From: Octopus bimaculoides | Taxonomy: Eukaryota | DNA: 64,000 bases | Direction: 5' to 3' | NCBI RefSeq assembly: GCF_001194135.2 | Contig: NC_068987.1 | Coordinates: 49,719,116-49,783,115 of the forward strand | Program-made: the position numbers and the translations under genes | Shown: positions 36,080-50,230 of the stretch, piece by piece | Position numbering within the stretch: the first letter of the stretch is position 1 | How the letters are laid out: each line of letters opens with the position of its first letter | Notes under the pieces: model-generated | What the model was told of the DNA's origin: nothing | Databases searched by the model: none | Seen by the model: only the letters and a program-made list of their open reading frames with translations

Positions 36080-37499
36080 TGAAGAGGTCTTAGGCCAGCA
36101 GTGAATGGGGTCTGAAGGTACACCATAAGGCTAAACCCCTTATGAACAAGAAACCTAAGGTAACCCTATAAACTGGCCTCCTCCATTATAATATTAACTG
36201 CTCTACATCTTAGAGTGAGCTTCTCTGGTACCGAGAAGACCCAAAGAGTGATAGGTAATGCTAAGTAAGTGCTATGGACAGACCATAGTTAAACTCTTGG
36301 TTCAATAATACGAATGAGGAGTCTAATGTGGGTCTTGTATTAGCATGCATATGTATATTAGACAAAATGAGATAACAAAACCCAGGCTATGAGGAGTTTT
36401 CATGATATTTATAAGGAAAAAGATATGGATATAGTCTTACAGCTGTTTCTGGGATATTATAGATATCCCTTCATCAGAGATGATGTGAGATGGTTAAATA
36501 GAGGTAAATATTGGAGTTCGAAATAAGGAATTGTTATGGAAAAGGAGGAGATAGGGAATATAAAAGGAAATAAGAGAATGAAAGTAGAAATAAAATATAA
36601 AATATATAAAGATATTGAAATTGCAGTTCCATTATTCAAAGAAAGTGGTGTATAGAGGTGGTAAAAAAGTTTCCTGTATATGGTATGTAAGTTCATGTTT
36701 AGTCATTTCAAAGTATGAAGCCATGGATTCTGTGTTGCTCATTTGAAAGGGTCTTGTGGAGTGAATTATTAAAATTTGAGAATGTATTGGTAGTATTTGT
36801 GGATAGATGGGGGGGGGGAGATTAGAATGAGGAGATAGGTCAAAATGAAAACAGGAAGAGAAAATGAGAAGAAGAAAGAGAGAAAAAGGAAAAAGAAAAG
36901 AGAAAGAAAAAAGAAAAAAAGAGAAAAAATGTGAAAAGAGTGAAAAAAGAGCAAAAGAAATAAGAAAAGGAGTGTTAGTTGGTGGTCAAGATAATGTGAG
37001 GGGAGGATACACACCATATAATCCCTCATAACCTTTTTATTTTTTGGAATTTTCAGAAATCTTTTTAAGAACTTGCATTCTACACTCAAGAATTCATATG
37101 ATTATGAAAAAAATTTCTGTAAAAATTTTTTTCAATTCCCCTTACCCAATAAGTGCTAAAATTTCCATTCTTTTTCCAAATAAAAAACAAATACAGACAG
37201 TCTGAATTTTTTTGCTTAAATCCCAGCAATGGATTACCTTTGGGTGCATCATCATTCTGTTTTATCGGGAGAAAAATATTGAAAAACATCAATACAAGTC
37301 AGAGAGAGACAAAGAAATGAGGAAGGTATCAGGTGGTCGTGGGATGTGCTAAAAACACCAGCTAAATCACCCTTAAATCACACACAATTTTTTTTTCTTT
37401 TTTGCATAATTGTATGAATTCCTGTGTAGAATACAACTTCACAAAGATTTCCTGAAAATTTCAAAATATAGTTGTATGGGATGCTTAAACCAGAAATCC

Positions 37500-38945
37500 G
37501 TCTTTGCTATTCCTCAAAAGTTGTTTTTAATTTAGGTACAAAGACAAGATTTGAATTCAGAATGTAACAGAGTGAGAACAAATACTACAAGCCAGTTTTT
37601 CTGATTTTTTAACGATTCTATCAGCTGGCTGCTTTCTACCAACCCATACTAATGTTTTTTGATTTTCTGCTGATCTGTAATTGTTTCAAATTTTGGTACA
37701 AGGCCAGCAAGTTAGGGGACGGGGAAGTCGCTTACATCAACCTCAGTGCTTGACTGGAATTTGCTGTATTGACTCTGAGGCAAAGTCAATCTCAATGTAA
37801 TTTGAATTCAGAACGTAAACAGCTAGAAAAAATGTTTCTAAGCATTTTATTCGGCACACTAACAACTCTGCTACCACATAATAATGGTTTCAAATTTTGG
37901 CACAAGTCCAGCAATTTCGATGTAATCTACCCCAATACTTGACTGGTACTTTTTAATTTGACCCCACAAAAGATGAAAGGCAAAGCTGACCTCAGTAGAA
38001 TTTGAACTCAAAATATAAAGACAAATTGCCAGTAAGCAATTACCTGGCATGCTAACGATCATACCAGCCCTTCACCTTTTGCTAGTCATAATAATGGTTT
38101 CAAAGTCTGGCACAAGGGCAACGATTTTGGTGGAGAGGTAAGTCAATTACATCCAGGGCCGGATTAAGACCCATCAAGGCCTTAACCACTTAAAAGATTT
38201 TGGTACGCCCATAATAGATTATGTAATTCAAAATACAAACAATAACAAACCATAAAATAAATTTTCATTTTTCAAAACGAAACAAAACAGTAAGAGGGAA
38301 AAATAATATTTTTGTATACTTCCACTTTATTTATATTTGAAAAGTTTCGTCCTACTTTTTTGAATTGCAAAGTCTTTGATCAGATCCTGAAAATGAATTT
38401 GGTAAAACATCTGCATCTATACTTAGTAGAGATAAAGGCATTCCAAATATTATTTTAGCAAATTTGAAGTGATTTCTTTTGTGCTGTAAACCATTTACCA
38501 TTTCAGTGGTGCCTTCTTCCCTCGATGCCCTAAGCACGTGCTTATTTTGCTTAATGGTAAATTCAGCGCTGATTACATTGACTTCAGTAATCAACTGGTA
38601 CTTATTTTATAGAACCCCCAAATGATAAAAGGCGGAGTTGACCTTGATGGAATTCGAATTCAGAACATAAAGACGGATGAAAAACCGCTAAACATATTGT
38701 CTGGCGTGCTAACAACTCTGCTCGCTCACCGCCTTTCCCTAGCTCATAAAAACGGTTTCAAATTTTGGCACAAGGTCAGTAATTTCATGGGAATGGGTAA
38801 GTCGATTACGTCGACTCCAGTGTTCAACTGGTACTTAATTTATCAACTCCGAAAGGATGAAAGGCAAAGTCGATTTCGACAGAATTAGAACGTACGAAGC
38901 ATGTTGCCCGGCATGCTAACAATTCTGCTAGCTGGCTGCCCTTTG
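37500..38945 (-). mobile_element. Second stack of the same SINE family, inverted
   Basis: Repeated aaattttggcacaaggccagcaat...tgctaacaattctgc units. Confidence 0.75.
38154..38571. mobile_element. Non-autonomous hAT element nested in a SINE
   Basis: TIR CAGGGCCGGATT vs CAGCGCTGAATT (reverse complement of the right end); 8-bp TSD attacatc/attacatt; the host SINE resumes on the far side. Confidence 0.75.
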
Positions 38946-40594
38946 CTAGCTCATAATAATAAGGAAAGGAGACCGTGATTGAGAAAAGAGAAAGAGAGGA
39001 GCTTAAAGCGAGTAAGGGAGGTAAGTGAGGAAGTAACTGATAAGAGAATCTAGAGATGGGAATGAGGTGGGGGAGAGAAAGACAGAAGGAAAGGAGAGAG
39101 AGTGACAGACAGAACTGTGGGAGGCTGCAGGATGAACCGAGAATAACAATTAAAAAAGTAACGAAGTAGAGAGAGTGAAAGAGGAATAGCAATTTTCTAT
39201 CGCAGTAAACAGGATGTATAGAAAATATTTAGATAGTAAAATAGACAGAGAAAAAAAGATGAAGAATGAAACAATGACAGAGTGCGAATGAGAGAAGAAA
39301 AGAAGCAGACAGATGATTTTTTAACAGAGAAAGGCAGTCACTGAGTGTAGAAATGCGAAATCGTGATAATATATAAACATATTACACATATATAATATAT
39401 GTGTGCAGTGAAGAAGAATCCTCATGTCGATGACTGAAAAACACACCAACAAGAAAACAAACCTTTAAAGTAAATTAATCAACAGGCACCAAATTTATTA
39501 TTAATCAAAATTAATTAATTAAAGACCAACAAAAGTAGCAACTCCCTGAATATCCAGCGGCTGTTATTGTATCGAAACTGTAAGTCTGATTTTTTTTCTT
39601 TTTTAAACTTATCTTAGAATCTCTGTTAATTATTTTGTATATACATGGTTTCTGTCTGAATATTATGAATTTATTTTTGTTCAAATTCTTATTTTATATC
39701 TTTCTTTAAATGTGTATCTCATTCATTTCTGAAGTAAATATCATACTTAGTCAGCTCTATAGATTAATTCATCGTATCAAGCAAACTACACCCACAGGCA
39801 GACACATAAACACCTCTATATATTTATGTTGTTGTCAACCGCTTATTAGTTCTGGTTGAGAGAAACCAGAATCATAAAAAAAGGGGGAATGGGGGAGGGA
39901 CAAAAGGAAGTCTTTCCAAATATTCCAGTAGAAATTCTCCTTAATTTTAGAAATATCTAAGACTACGTTATTCAGCGTGTCCTTTCTAATGTGATTTAAG
40001 GGAGATTTGGTTGTCATTTCTTGGAGTAGATCATATGTCAGCTTGTATATTATATTTGTGAGTCTGTTTAGCAGATCCCCCTTTGTTGCAAGGTTTGGGA
40101 TAGACCTCGATTTCCCTTGTTCTTGTTTGTCTTAAAAATTTTCAGGGTGGGTGGGTATCGATCTCACCAATATGGAAGGGCCTACAAAACGTCATGGATA
40201 CTTGCCCCTGCTTCTCATCTCACTCAGCCAGCAACCAAACACTCACACGTGGCTGTGTGGTTATGAAGTTAACTTCGGAGCCATGTGGTTGCAGGTTCGA
40301 TCGATCCCACTGTACTTTGAATAGAAGTGTCTTCTGCTATAGCGTTGGCTTGACCAATGCTTGCGAGTGGAATCTTGTGGACGGAACTCTTCAGAAGCAG
40401 TATATTTACTGGTTATGACATTTCACTGGTTAGAACGTTACTGTCGCTTTCGTGCCGATTGTTGCACCTAGGCATTATTGATACTATAACCGCTTTATTA
40501 CAGATACTGAGTGGGTTTTTTTCTAATTTATGGACAACTAACAAATTATACATATATANNNNNNNNNNNNNNNNNNNNNNNNNNNNNNNNNNNN

Positions 40595-40625
<31 letters not shown>

Positions 40626-42854
40626 CCACACACACATGTCAGGTCGCTCTGACTGCTGGTTACGTAATCCAGTCCAGCCTGTTATATAGTGGGATGTTGG
40701 GAGTATGCCCTACATATCTCAACAATGTTGAAAGGTGCGAAGGAAACTCAGCGGGAGAAATTACAACACCTGTCAAAAGGATGGACAGACCCAGTATGAG
40801 GACGAAGACTATATAACAACAGTGTTTAGAAGACGGAAATATTCGAGACGGCAAATGATTCTTCTGCAAACACTGTAGAAGTAATGGAGCCTTAGTTTTC
40901 AAAACAATCTGGTTATCAATATTTTTAACATTGTACAGTGTTGGAGAGCAAATGAAAAAAATGACTGGCCTTCCAGTAAACTGTTTTAAAGTTTAAATTT
41001 TAGAAAATGTATAACAAGCTTGTCCTATTACTCACACTTGGGTATAACAAAATTATAATTAATACATTTTCAAGCAATAACGTATCTATTCACTGTTAAT
41101 AAGTTCTGAGAGATTCGAACGTGAAATCTGATCATTGCTATTTTTCGTCATTGGAGAATAACTCCTCCCTTTAGATGATGTTTGCTCATCGTGACACAGG
41201 TGATGTGCACCTTATGAATTACATTTCCAAATGTTAAGCTGAATTTTCAAATCCCTCTTGTGGTGTTCCATGTCAGAAGCAGAGATATAGGAAAAGGGTA
41301 TTCTGATGTAAGACTGGAGGACCATTCAGTTTCTGGTCGTCTCAACTAATGCTACGAGGGTGTGCTGAAAAGTTCCTGCCTTTAAGCGTGTCGTGAAAGA
41401 CCAGGTTGGAGTCCCAACCTTCTTTTACACAGCTTATACATACAAATATTCTATAATTATAAACATAATTATAATCAGGGGTCAGCTAATTGCTTCACCG
41501 CGCACCGAATTTAGAAATAGGAGTTAAAATACCTTTTCTTCTACCATAGAGATCCTTATGGTAGCNNNNNNNNNNNNNNNNNNNNNNNNNNNNNNNNNNN
41601 NNNNNNNNNNNNNNNNNNNNNNNNNNNNNNNNNNNNNNNNNNNNNNNNNNNNNNNNNNNNNNNNNNNNNNNNNNNNNNNNNNNNNNNNNNNNNNNNNNNN
41701 NNNNNNNNNNNNNNNNNNNNNNNNNNNNNNNNNNNNNNNNNNNNNNNNNNNNNNNNNNNNNNNNNNNNNNNNNNNNNNNNNNNNNNNNNNNNNNNNNNNN
41801 NNNNNNNNNNNNNNNNNNNNNNNNNNNNNNNNNNNNNNNNNNNNNNNNNNNNNNNNNNNNNNNNNNNNNNNNNNNNNNNNNNNNNNNNTATATATATATA
41901 TATGCCTCACAGCGTTCATACACATAATTTTTCCCGTCTGGCCGTATAGCCTTTTCTGTTTGTTTTCCTGTCTTGTTTTTTGTCCGCCACTACATTCCTC
42001 CATGGCAAGGTTTAATTTGTGTATACAAATTTAATTTGCGGTCCATGGGAAGAGCCGTTTTAGCGATGCGTCCTGCCCAGCTCTTCGAAACGCCGGTGTT
42101 AAAACGGGGGTAGCTGATGAAGAAGAATGTTCTCTATGTGGCTTGTGTGTTTTCTCGTTTTCTCGACTATATATATATAGTCAATTTGAGGATGTTAGGT
42201 CCACATTTGGGATTAAATAATCTAATCCATTCCGCTGATTAATCACCATCATACAAGGAGAAAGTCGACGATATATTTAGGGATTATTATAGTAATACAT
42301 ATTATTAATATTGAAACAGAGAAAATGGAGAACTATGGATGTTTGAATAATTCATTTCTATGATATAATAATGCTGAATTTTTTTAATAAACACAATATA
42401 AATAAATTATAAGTTGTAAAGCTCAACGAAAACACAGATGCCAAAAACATACATAAATGTAGGTTTTTGGCATCTGCCTTTTCTTTTAGCGCTTCACTAC
42501 TTAGTTTATTTGTATTGTTTCAACATTATCATTTCATACAAATAAATTATTTAAACATCCATGATTCTCCATTTTCTGTCTTTCAATACTAATGATATGT
42601 ACTTATTTCTTTACTTGTTTCAGTCATTTGACTGCGGCTATGCTGGAGCACCGCCTTTAGTCGAGCAAATCGACCCCAGGACTTATTCTTTGTAAGCCTA
42701 GTACTTATTCTATCGGCCTCTTTTGCCGAACCGCTAAGTTACGTGGACGTAAACAGACAACCATCGGTTGTTAAGCGATGTTAGGGGGACAAACACAGAC
42801 ACACAAACATATACACACACATACATATATATACATACATACATACATACATGC

Positions 42855-42888
<34 letters not shown>

Positions 42889-42959
42889 GACGGGCTTTTT
42901 TCCGTTTCCGTCTACTAAATCCACTCACAAGGCTTTGGTCGGCCGAGGGATATAGTAGA

Positions 42960-43622
42960 AGATGAGGACAGCTGCATGAGGAAGTGGCACTCCCCAACTG
43001 TGGAAGGAACCTGTGGAAGAGGTAGACCCAGGAAAATATGGGATGAGGTGGTGAAGCATGACCTTTGAACATTGGGCCTCATAGAGGCAATGGCAGGAGA
43101 CCGAGTCCTTTGGAGATACGCTGTGATTGAGAAGACTCGGCAACTAAAGTGAGATCGCAGCCACGCATGTCCAGCCCAGTTAAGAGTACTCCTGATGCAT
43201 CGTGTGATATGATATGCTTGAGATGACCTGTTGAGTCAAGTAAAACCAATATCGTAGCTGTGGCTAGTGCCCCCTGACTGGCTCCTGTGCGGTGGCACGT
43301 AAAAAGCACCAACCAAACATGGCCAATGCCAGTACCCCCTGACTGGCCCCTGCGCTGGTGGCACATAAAAAGCACTATCTGAACGTGATTGATACCAGGC
43401 CTGCCCGACTGGCTCCTGTGCTGGTGGCACATAAAAAGCATTCACTACACTCTTGGAGTGGTTGGTGTTAGGAAGGGCATCCAGCTGTAGAAACATTGCC
43501 AGATCAGATTGGAGCCTGGTGCAGCCGCTGGCTCTCCAGACGTCAGTCAAACTATCCAACCCATTGCAAGCATGGAAAACAGACGTTAAACGATGATGAT
43601 GATGAGGATGATGATGATGATG
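42960..43622 (+). mobile_element. RTE LINE 3' fragment
   Basis: GTCGRGRPRKxWDEVVKHDL-like coding end, 3'UTR units and (GAT)n tail. Confidence 0.75.
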
Positions 43623-45783
43623 ATAAACATACATATATAGACATACATATACAAGCAAGGTAATTCTTTCCTATGGTCAGACATGTTTTCATGGAAGATT
43701 GGAAGTAACTGACACACGCACATTTATGCATACTTACACACATATATTACAGGCTTCTTTCAATTACTCACAAGGCTTTGCTTGTCACTTGCCTAATGTG
43801 CTGTACTGAGGAAGACTAAATCCAAAACTAGTTAGTTATGAAGCAACCTGAAAAATTGCATTACTAGGCCAGCCTGGGGCAAAGGCAGAGCAAGCCCCTA
43901 AATCTTCACCTTGGCCTTTTGGCTAATGTCACAGTATAGTATCTGCTTAAAATCTAATATAATCTCTATTGGGGAGCCACCCTATTGAACTGATTTTTGG
44001 ACATAGGCTATATGTGTGTGTGTATGTATGTTTATCGTAATAAATATTTGGATGCATAATATATCTGTATAGTCTCCTTATGTTCCTTTTAAGTCTGTAT
44101 TTGCTCCTTTTACCAGCTATTTTGATTTTCTCTCATCTGTCTATTATTGATCCCCATCTGTACCATTCCATATCAGTATAATGCAGAATAGTTGCAGATC
44201 TCTTCAAATTTGGTTCTCTTTCAGTACTGCTAGTCATCCCTCTCTAACTTTAGTTCATCCATGTTTGACATTCGTCACTTTCTCCATCATCACCCTTCCA
44301 TATTGCTAGCCATCACTCCTGTTCTCCCAGATCATTCATAATTGATATATATCACTCTCTCTTACCATCATCTATCTCTGTAACTTTCCATAACATCACT
44401 TGCTCTCTCTCTCTCTCTCTCTGTCTTTCTTTCTACTAAATATGTAGTTTGCATCACTGCCTCTCTCTAATAAACCTATATCATTACTATATTTCTCTGC
44501 TGTGTCTCTTCCATTACTCGTCTTTCTTGTTATCCCTAATGACTCTATTTCTCCAGTTATACTCTTACTTCTTTCACCATCTCTTCTTGTTCAGTTTGTC
44601 AGTGTCTTCTCTCTCCACCCTCTTAGATACATTACTGTATAGAGACTTTCTAGTCTTGCAAGGTATAAGGCAACCTCTTTTGTGTAGGTGTCACATTAAA
44701 ATATGTAAAATGGTTGGTGTTAGGAAGGGCATCCAGCCAGAGGAAGCCATGCCAAAATAGAACAAATGACATGGTCATTATTTGAAGGCAATTATTTCAG
44801 TTTAGAACTGAAACAGATCGTGACTCACCCAACTCATGCTGGCTTGAAAAGCAGACAAATGACGATGATGATGATCTATGTCTATATTGTCGACTCCTAA
44901 CTTATGCTCATTTGAGTTGTTCAATCTTATAATACCATTCTGACTGATGATATGATCTTTTTTCAATGTTATGATGTGGATCTGCTCTTATTTCACTATA
45001 CAGCTTTTTGTTATTCATTCTGATTTTGTGTCTCAGTTATTATTAATATTTATTTGTGTGTGTGTGTGTTTAACACAAAAAACATTCATAACAAGGGCAT
45101 AAGTGAGTCTCCTGCTGGTTTTGAAAAAAAAAACCCAATCAATTTGGAACAAAATATGCATGAAGGAGGAAAATCTGTTTAAGTGTTTACATGTGATTTG
45201 AATTTGTTCCAGTCAATAATCTCTGTTATTTTCAAGGATAAGTGTCATATCAGTGTTGCAGTGAAGACATCTGTCTCCATTAAAATTAATTATCACCAAA
45301 ACAAACGAAAATAAAACTGATAACTGAGAAAAAATGGAGAACATTTTAGTCACATAAATGGAGGACCAAATATAAAATAGGAAAACCATTCAGCCTTTTC
45401 CCTATGAAAAGCTAAAACAAAGAGCTTCTTTAAAATACTTTAAAAAATGCATCAATGAAAACAGTACCACAAAGTTTTGTAGCAGGTCATGTGTGGCCTG
45501 AGCATTTCAAAAAGCATCATAATTTCCTCAAAGTAAAGGTAATTAGCAAAGTTCATATACCGAAGTTCAGAAATAGCAGCTTTTTTAGCTGCTATTTCTG
45601 AACTTCGGTATATGGTGAAGCAAATGCTTGCTGATCCCTTAATTATGTTTATATATGTATATGAACTTTTAAATAAGTTCTCCACCGATAATGGTGCTTA
45701 CATACCGAAGGGCTTGGTAAAAATTATTAATTGTTGATTTATTAATAAATTAATAAATCTTTACCCTTTTAATTTGTAATAAT

Positions 45784-45815
<32 letters not shown>

Positions 45816-45999
45816 TACGACGGGCTTCTTTCAGTTTCGGTCTACCAAATCCACTCACAAGGCTTTAGTCAGCCTGAGGCTATAGTAGAAGACACTTGCC
45901 CAAGGTGCCACGCAGTGGGACTGAACCCGGAACCATTTGGTTGGTAAGCAAGCTACTTACCACACAGCCACTCCTGCGCCTATTTTATTGTTCATAAAA

Positions 46000-46620
46000 A
46001 AATATTATGCAGAACGAATATTCAATGTTGATGAAACTGGCTTATATTTGGAAGTGCTTACCTGAATGTTCTTCATGTACATTACGAAAATCTATGTGAT
46101 TATAAAGCACACATTGCCAACACAACAAAAATAGCATGGATGACTTAACAGATATTGGGTCTTTAAAAATTGGTTCTTGGATAATTTTGTTCACCAACTA
46201 AAGAGCTATTGTCATAGAGATGAATCTGCATTCAGAATTTAATTCATTTTAGATGATGCTCCATGTCATTCACAACTCAGCAATTTGAATCCTAATATAA
46301 AAGTATTATGTATAAAATATATAGAAGTAATGTATCTACTACTATAATGTAATATAAAAGTAGTGTGTCTGCCTCCAAAGACAACACCATTAATCCAGTC
46401 CACAAATCAAAGGGCTACATACATTTTCAAACTATATTATCAGCAAATAATTTTTTGCCAAATTGATTGATGCAAACGACCATGACACCTCACTCTGTGA
46501 GTTTTGAATATAGTGCAGAACATTGTTAAAGCCTTGAAAGATGTCACAAATGGAAGCATAAACAATGTGGAAACACGTTGAAAATATATGTGAACACCTT
46601 CATAAAGTTTTTATGTTGAC
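46000..46620 (+). mobile_element. Tigger/pogo DDE transposase relic
   Basis: RIFNVDETGLY, LDDAPCH and LPPKTTPLIQ fragments across frames. Confidence 0.7.
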
Positions 46621-47481
46621 AAGGTTGTGAGCAACATTCATGAAAAATAACAATGCTCACAAAACAGTTGACCCTTGAAATGGACAAAGATGATGTTGAC
46701 CAGTTGATAGTGACTAATGACTAAAGGGTTGACAGAGTTGAAAAAGAAAAACATTGTGAAGAGGGAGACTGGTGAGGCAGGAGAATGAAGTGTTAGATAT
46801 TTAATGTTTGGTCGTCCTTCGATAGGTGTTAGAATCAATCCAGTGAGGAACAGCAACAACTCATGTGAGATTTGTGAAGACTTCATGTACATGAGGGATT
46901 TATTCCGATCCGGGATGAGAGCATTTACGCAGCTTGTACATTAACATTCAATAGAACAGAATGGAATTTGAATAAGGAAATGTTTTCATCTTGCCACATT
47001 CCATGACAGGTGAAGAGGTTTTAAGAAAATTTAATCAACGAGAAGTTGTCTTGTAGCAGGAACAGAGATGGAAAAAACTGTAGCTAGCTGCAGGCAGTGT
47101 GTGAGAGAAAGAGGATGTTACCTGTTTGTGCACATCTTTTATAGCTATGTAACGAGCACCACCTAGTTGCTAACGATGTGACAGGGAAGGTAACTATAGA
47201 TGACTCTCATTAAAATATGACAGCACTGGATTCAAATAAGGTTGCCTACATGACCCTCCCCCAGACTGAAAGAAGAGAAAAGGTTGAAAAGGCAAAGAGT
47301 TAAACTGTAGGCACTGAAGAAGGTAATTGCCTTGTGTTTCACAAGGATGAGCAGAGATACCAAGGGCGTGGAAAGGATTATCATGGAAAACGGCAAAATG
47401 TAAACAATGCATGCAAACACAAGAATATGCAAATGAAAAGTCGCAGAATCTGTATGAATGTATGTGATGCAAGGTTAAGAT

Positions 47482-47595
47482 AGTGTGCAGGATGTGTCAG
47501 TTGGTGCAAAGGTGAGGCAGTGTGCAGGATGTGCCAGCTGGTGCAAAGGTGAGGCAGTATGCAGGATGTGCCAGCTAATGCAAAGCTGAGGCACA
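47482..47595 (+). repeat. 37-bp minisatellite, 3 copies
   Basis: Unit gtgtgcaggatgtgtcagttggtgcaaaggtgaggca. Confidence 0.8.
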
Positions 47596-48474
47596 AAACA
47601 ACGTTTGACATGCAAACGTGATAACAACTGTCCAGGAAACTGGAAATCACAGGATGCAAGAGTCAAAGTGTTTTAAGTTAGCAAGAGCGGTAGGTCACTT
47701 ACAGAGGCTAGTGTTGTAAGCCTGCAAGAGCGGTGGGTCGATTACAGAGGCTGGAGGTGCTAGCATGTAGGAGCAATGAGAAAGCAACTAAAATCCTAGA
47801 ACTTGGTGCATGTGTATATGAACATTGAAAGAAGTTAACATAATATACACAGAAAGAAAAGGTCTTTGAGATGTAAAAGGCAACAAATGCCATGCCAAAA
47901 TTAGTGGATGCAAAGGCAAGGTAAACAAGCATATACATGAAAAGGAAAACAGAATAAATGCATTAAATAGGAAAAGGAAAAAACAAATAGAATATGAGTT
48001 TCATATAAAAATAGTTTTACAAAGTTTCTTAGGCCAGTTGAGATGATGGCCACTGCGAGTCATTGTAACGTATGTTGGTGGGTGTGGGGAAGATGCATGT
48101 AGCTGAGCTGGTGGTGGATGCAGTGGTACACGTGTCTGTGGAGTGCTCAGCCACTTGCACGTTAATTTCACGAGCAGGCTGTTCCGTTGATCAGATCAAC
48201 TGGAACCCTCGACGTTGTAAGCGTCGGAGTGCCAACAACAAAACATGCATAAAACCTCATTGTGTAAACAGAGCCTGTTGTTTAATCAAAGGGTTCCCTT
48301 TGCAGAACAAACTGAAATACAAACCTGTTAGTCTTACCTGTTGGAACTCACTGCAGACCTTTCATTGGGTTTGTGAATGACTTTTTTATTCTACATTGCC
48401 TCAGTTCACTGAGTCATCATGAACAATCAGTAGCCATTTGGATTTCACTCATGACCAACATATCTCTTTCTCTC

Positions 48475-48910
48475 TTTTACTTGTTTCAGTCATTTGACTG
48501 CGGCCATGCTGGAGCACCGCCTTTTAGTCGAACAAATCGACCCCAGGACTTNNNNNNNNNNGAGCACCGCCTTTTAGTCGAACAAATCGACCCCAGGACT
48601 TATTCTTTGGATGCCTAGTACTTATTCTATTGGTCTCTTTTGCCGAACCGCTTATTGGGACATAAACACACCAGCATCGGTTGTCAAGCGATGTTGGGGC
48701 GGGGGGACAAACACAGAAACACACATACATATATATATACATATATACGACGGGCTTCTTTCAGTTTCCGTCTACCAAATCCACTCACAAGGCTTTGGTC
48801 AGCCCGAGGCTATAGTAGAAGACACTTGCCCAAGGTGCCACGCAGTGGGAATGAAACCGGAACCATTTGGTTAGTAAGCAAGCTACTTACCACACAGCCA
48901 CTCCTGTGCC
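48475..48910 (-). mobile_element. tRNA-derived SINE family 2, near full length (other copies or pieces near 14100, 25660, 30870, 42610, 45815, 50650, 51045, 61660)
   Basis: Minus head ggcacaggagtggctgtgtggtaag...ggtttcattcccactgcgtggcaccttgggcaagtgtcttc, with an internal (TA/CA)n tract. Confidence 0.8.
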
Positions 48911-49439
48911 TGTTTACATTTAACTACAAAATTTATGGCAGGTGAAATCTAGTACTGCATAATGATATTCATGTATCTGTCTCATTTTATTTTTTTCCTT
49001 TTCTTTCTTTCTTAAGAGCATTATTAATGTGAATGACATGTTTCTAATTAGAGATTGAAACCATGTTGTGTGATTAACTTGTTTTGAACAACCCCCTCAC
49101 CAAACTTACCAAGCACATTGAAATATTCTGTCTGCTCTCAGACTAATTTCCTGTTTACCATTTCCCTTGTTGGTGATTTGGTGATTTATCATCTCAGCTA
49201 CTGCTTATTTTCTCTCTCTTGTAATCTCTCACTTCATCCCTTACTCCTCCACATCTATGAAAACATGTTTTAAATGAGATAATACTGTTTTTATTTTTGG
49301 TAATATTTTTAGAATTGCTTTATTTATTTTTATTTTTATCTACTTCAAGCTTTAAAATTTTTTTCCACTTATAATTACGATAATGGTATTATCAAATATC
49401 TAGACAACTACTTTTTAAAAGATGACTTTTTTGTCTTTG

Positions 49440-49655
49440 CCAGTACCTCCTGACTGGCCTTTGTGCCTGTGGCACGTAAAAGCACCCACTACACTCTCTG
49501 AGTGGTTGGTGTTAGGAAGGGCATCCAGCTGTAGAAACTCTGCCAAATCAGATTGGAGCCTGGTGTAGCCATCTGGTTCACCAGTCCTCAGTCAAATCGT
49601 CCAACCCATGCTAGCATGGAAAGCGGATGTTAAACGATGATGATGATGATGATGT
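49440..49655 (+). mobile_element. RTE 3'-end fragment
   Basis: gagtggttggtgttaggaagggcatccagctgtagaaactctgcc...ttaaacgatgatgatgat. Confidence 0.75.
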
Positions 49656-50183
49656 CGTATTTAAGTCTATTTTTCCATGCTAGCATGGGTTAGAAGAATA
49701 TGTTATTGAGGTGTTGTTTTACAGACATGTCCTTTCTGTCTCTAATCCTTACCTGGTTTTCAAGTTAGGGATCCCTTAATCCCCCTGACTTTGAAGGTAT
49801 AAAGTGGACTGACAATTTATTGACAGAAGTGCCAACAACAACACTGTTCTGTTGTCTTGATTTTCATATAAGTTAGCACAGATGTAAACTAATACACTGA
49901 TACACATATGCATGTGCACATACATACATGTCATTGTTTAACATTCGCATTTCTCTGCCTGCATGGGCAAATGGAATTTGTTGAGGCAGGTTTTCTATGG
50001 CTGGATGCCCTACTTGTCACTGACCCTCACAAATTTCCAAGCAGGGTAGTATTTTCCCATAACCAGATATGTGTTCCACCAAAGACCGAACCCGAATAAC
50101 TTTGCTTGCATGACAGTGATCTTTGTTTACAACCATCACATGATGTCTAGACAATGGAACACACACATGCACACACACGCGCG

Positions 50184-50230
<47 letters not shown>

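Noticed and set aside
40660-40902. 80-101-aa ORFs on both strands in a unique-looking segment
   Set aside because: No recognisable motif or splice signals; cannot be supported without a search.
48541-48600. Local duplications flanking 10-N gaps (also at 54240-54370)
   Set aside because: Typical contig-overlap assembly artefacts.
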